A stretch of 64,000 nucleotides of DNA from Chlorokybus atmophyticus (lineage: Eukaryota; Plantae; Mesostigma and Chlorokybus algae): positions 310,001 through 374,000 of the forward strand of contig RHPI01002204.1 in assembly GCA_009103225.1 (NCBI GenBank), written 5' to 3'. The translations under genes and the position numbers were made by a program. Shown here piece by piece: positions 61,245-64,000 of this stretch (position 1 is its first letter; every line of letters begins with the position of its first letter). Below the pieces are notes generated by a model that was not told the DNA's origin, did no database searches, and saw nothing but the letters and a program-made list of their open reading frames with translations.

Positions 61245-63670
61245 ATGGCTATTGGGGAGGGCAGCCTACTGCCTGCTGCAGCTGATTGCTTCAGGGCCAA
61301 GGGCAACCATTTGCTGGGCCAGGCCAGCAAATGGTTCCTAATGAATGAGGAGTACAAGCATATGCGCACAACGCTGATGGTCAACCTAGAGAAGCTGAAG
61401 AAGGAGATGTTAAGCAAGTGGCCACTACCTCAAGGTATGAAAGGCAAGGACTTCAAGATGAATGCCGAGCACCGGCAGGAGCTCGACGAAGTATGCGAGG
61501 CGGTCTTGCAGCAGTCACTTCCACTGGTCTTTGACGTAAACCACACGCTCACGTGGACAAAAGGTGAGCTGCTTTCTTGGTGACATCTGCTGTTTGACAG
61601 AAACTTGCATTCAGCTGTGTTGAAGTGAGCTTTCAAGCATGTCGTTCAGCTTTCAGTTCACTCACTGTTTGCTTAGCTGTCTTGCCATTGACAGTCCTTG
61701 CCCTGGTTGATGTGTTTGTGCTTGTTGATTCATTGACCAGTTGCGATATGCTGTCTTTGAGGCTGTCTTCTGCTAGATGCCATCTTCCAACAGCTGAAAA
61801 TGCTGTATTGGAGCTGTCTTGCCGTTGACAGTCCTTGCCGCTGGTACTTTGCTGTACTCTTATCTGCTTGTGTTGCAGCACAAATCAAGCAGCATGTACT
61901 GGTGCTGCAGTACTCCGTTGGCGCGAAGCGCGGCAGTGGTACCGGGAAGAGCGTCTAAGAACGCAATGAGGCCAAGAAGCAAAGGCGTGCAAGCGACAGG
62001 GAAGCTGCACAAGGTAGCCGCGCTGCTCAAGCTGGAGCTGGCTGGGGCATGACATTTTGTCTGGGGAGGGACATGAGGGCCAACCAGCAGGTGGTCATGC
62101 TTGCGCCTTTAACCGCTCTTCCTCTCACAAACGCTCAGTACCGGGCCACTTGGCTAAAAGAGAGGTAAGCAACTATGGTGATGTCGGTCGACTGTCGGTC
62201 CTGTTGTACTGTTTTGCTGAGCTGCTGCCTCCATGCATACTGGCTTAACACATGGTGCCTGCTACTCTGAATGCTACTCTGCGTGTCATGACAGGGGTGC
62301 GGACGGATATGCTGAAGATCAGGTGTTCGACATTTGCAACAACGCAGTAGTTGTTGGCGACGCCACCATCGATTCCGTATGCGAGCCAGACCAACCAATG
62401 CGCACGTATCCAGTCTCTGTTAACCACTGGATGGCAATGAGAAGTGAGGATGGCAACCTTGCCGATCAACTACCTGTGAAAGAAAGGCATTTTCTCTATG
62501 GCACGCCGACAAGCAGCTGCCATGGTGGGCGTACTCTGGAGGTACATTGCTTGCTGTGGATGGGCACATGCTCCTGCTGTGACTGTATGGTGTAGTGCAT
62601 GAGCATTTCTTGTGTTAAACACAACAACATGCAGGGCAGGGAGATGGAGTGGCCCATGATGGTCTTGGCCAGCGGAGGCATCTGCCCCTGTGAGGCATGC
62701 GCTAACGATGAGCGCATTGCGGTGCCGGGTTGCATCAAGGACCGGCTACCTACGCCCGCAGCCAGGCACAGCACACACACAGAGGTTAATAAGGGCTGTT
62801 GTTAGGCTGTTGTCACATCATGAACAGTCGCCAATGCAGCCATTGATCACGCCTTGACAGTCGCAAATTGCATTACATGTTACAGTTCTTGACAGTCATT
62901 AATGCACTGCAGACTGTCAATGATATTGACAGTCGCCAATGGACTGCACTGACCACTCTGGGTCCTAGGCAGGTTGCTGGGGCGATCTCTGACTGTGAAG
63001 ATGAAGAAGCCGCCGCCATGGACTTGCGAACTGCAGCGGGGATCGTGTGCAACACCAAGCCCAACGCCCCCACCAGAGAGGAGGCAATGGACATGTATGA
63101 GTACTACCACCACATCGAGCACACGCTGTTCCACAATGGTCACCAGCTGGCATTCAAGGACCCCAACCAAATGGAGCGTGTGCCAGACGAGCTGATGTTG
63201 AGAGCCATTGTCAGCTTTGCTGCCAGGAAAAAGTGGTTGATGTCCAACAAAGATGTTGAAGGAGGGTGCAAGTGGGGATCCAATCGCAAACTACCAGGTA
63301 TGCATACTTCACTGCAGCAAGTTAACGACAGTCCTTTGCTGGTTTTCAAGAGTGATGATTTGGTACAATGCAGGGCTTTTGAGCGAGGCAAAGAAGAGAA
63401 AGCCATTCCGACCCAAGAGGCAGTGGACGCGACAGCCCTCGTCATCCTCCTAGGTGGGTGGTTTCCTGTGCTATGGTCAAGTTACATTACTGTTTGTGTA
63501 AGCACGTGACAGTACAGTTGTTGTGCAGAGCTCAACAAGCACTCGCTAAGTGTTTGCAAGAGATGCTGTTGAGCAAGGCTGTCGCGGGTGTCTTCACATT
63601 GGGGTTGAATCAACCAGGGAGAGCACAAGTCTGGCTTCCTGGCGAAGGTGCTGGCAACACAAGAGACTGA
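61245..63670 (+). pseudogene. uncharacterised multi-exon gene divergent from the SET gene
   Basis: Exons ~61245-61563, 61880-62164, 62294-62542, 62635-62782 and 62973-63297 have GT-AG borders with compatible phases. There is one in-frame TAA (~61958). No family recognised. Confidence 0.5.
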
Positions 63671-63849
63671 TGTTGTTAGCTGCTCCTGTTACCTCCTGTA
63701 ACCGCAGCTTGAAGTGCATGTAGGAGACTGTAGCTACAGTCTCACTGGCTTGACACTGATGGGCTGTCGTTTGACAGTCCATTACAGCATTTCTGTGAAT
63801 TGCATGCGTGTCGGATTGTATGCACCGGGCACGGTGCAGGCACCAGTGC

Positions 63850-64000
63850 TAAGACCATGCATGGATTCAATGGCTGTGACATCATGACAGACCATGCATG
63901 GTGCGACTGTCAATCAGACCATGTGGTGCGTTGTCTGTTAGGACCAGACATGGTGCCGCTTGTGGACCATGCATGGCTTCAATGGCTGTGACATTATGAT
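63850..64000. repeat. second ACCATGCATGG array at the window edge
   Basis: AGACCATGCATGG, GGACCATGCATGG and GCGACTGTCAA recur, matching the 57.7-58.6 kb array. Confidence 0.75.

Noticed and set aside
61245-63670. KDZ, Mutator, hAT or Crypton transposase identity for the plus-strand gene
   Set aside because: None of the diagnostic motif sets could be found in the spliced translation; left unassigned.
1-64000. tRNA or rRNA genes
   Set aside because: Only PBS-length tRNA complements were seen; no cloverleaf or rRNA signature.

Overview
Eukaryotic, intron-rich nuclear DNA, most likely from a green alga (inferred from intron style, telo-box/TTTTAGGG motifs and gene content; the species cannot be determined). 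Three host genes are visible: a WDR62/MAPKBP1-like WD40 gene running off the left edge, a complete ITPA/Ham1 gene with a 10-nt microexon, and an INCENP-like gene. The rest is a dense, nested set of mobile elements: two related truncated Copia elements, a near-intact chromoviral Ty3/Gypsy with a -1 frameshift signal inserted in a pogo remnant, a Tc2-like MITE, and a very young Ty3/Gypsy inserted in a tiny-LTR TRIM. Three elements carry chromatin/DNA-modifying cargo. (1) An 11.35-kb AcademX-type DNA transposon (26218-37569; 21-bp TIRs, TGTA target duplication; transposase + XPG-like nuclease + Cys8) carries a spliced, in-frame Tudor domain fused to a phage-type C5 cytosine methyltransferase. This is the strongest novelty candidate. 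(2) A decayed gag-protease-C5 methyltransferase retroelement (50452-54670). (3) An unclassified element beginning near 57735, with palindromic subterminal arrays and a SET-domain gene. All calls are by eye from motifs; no database search was run.
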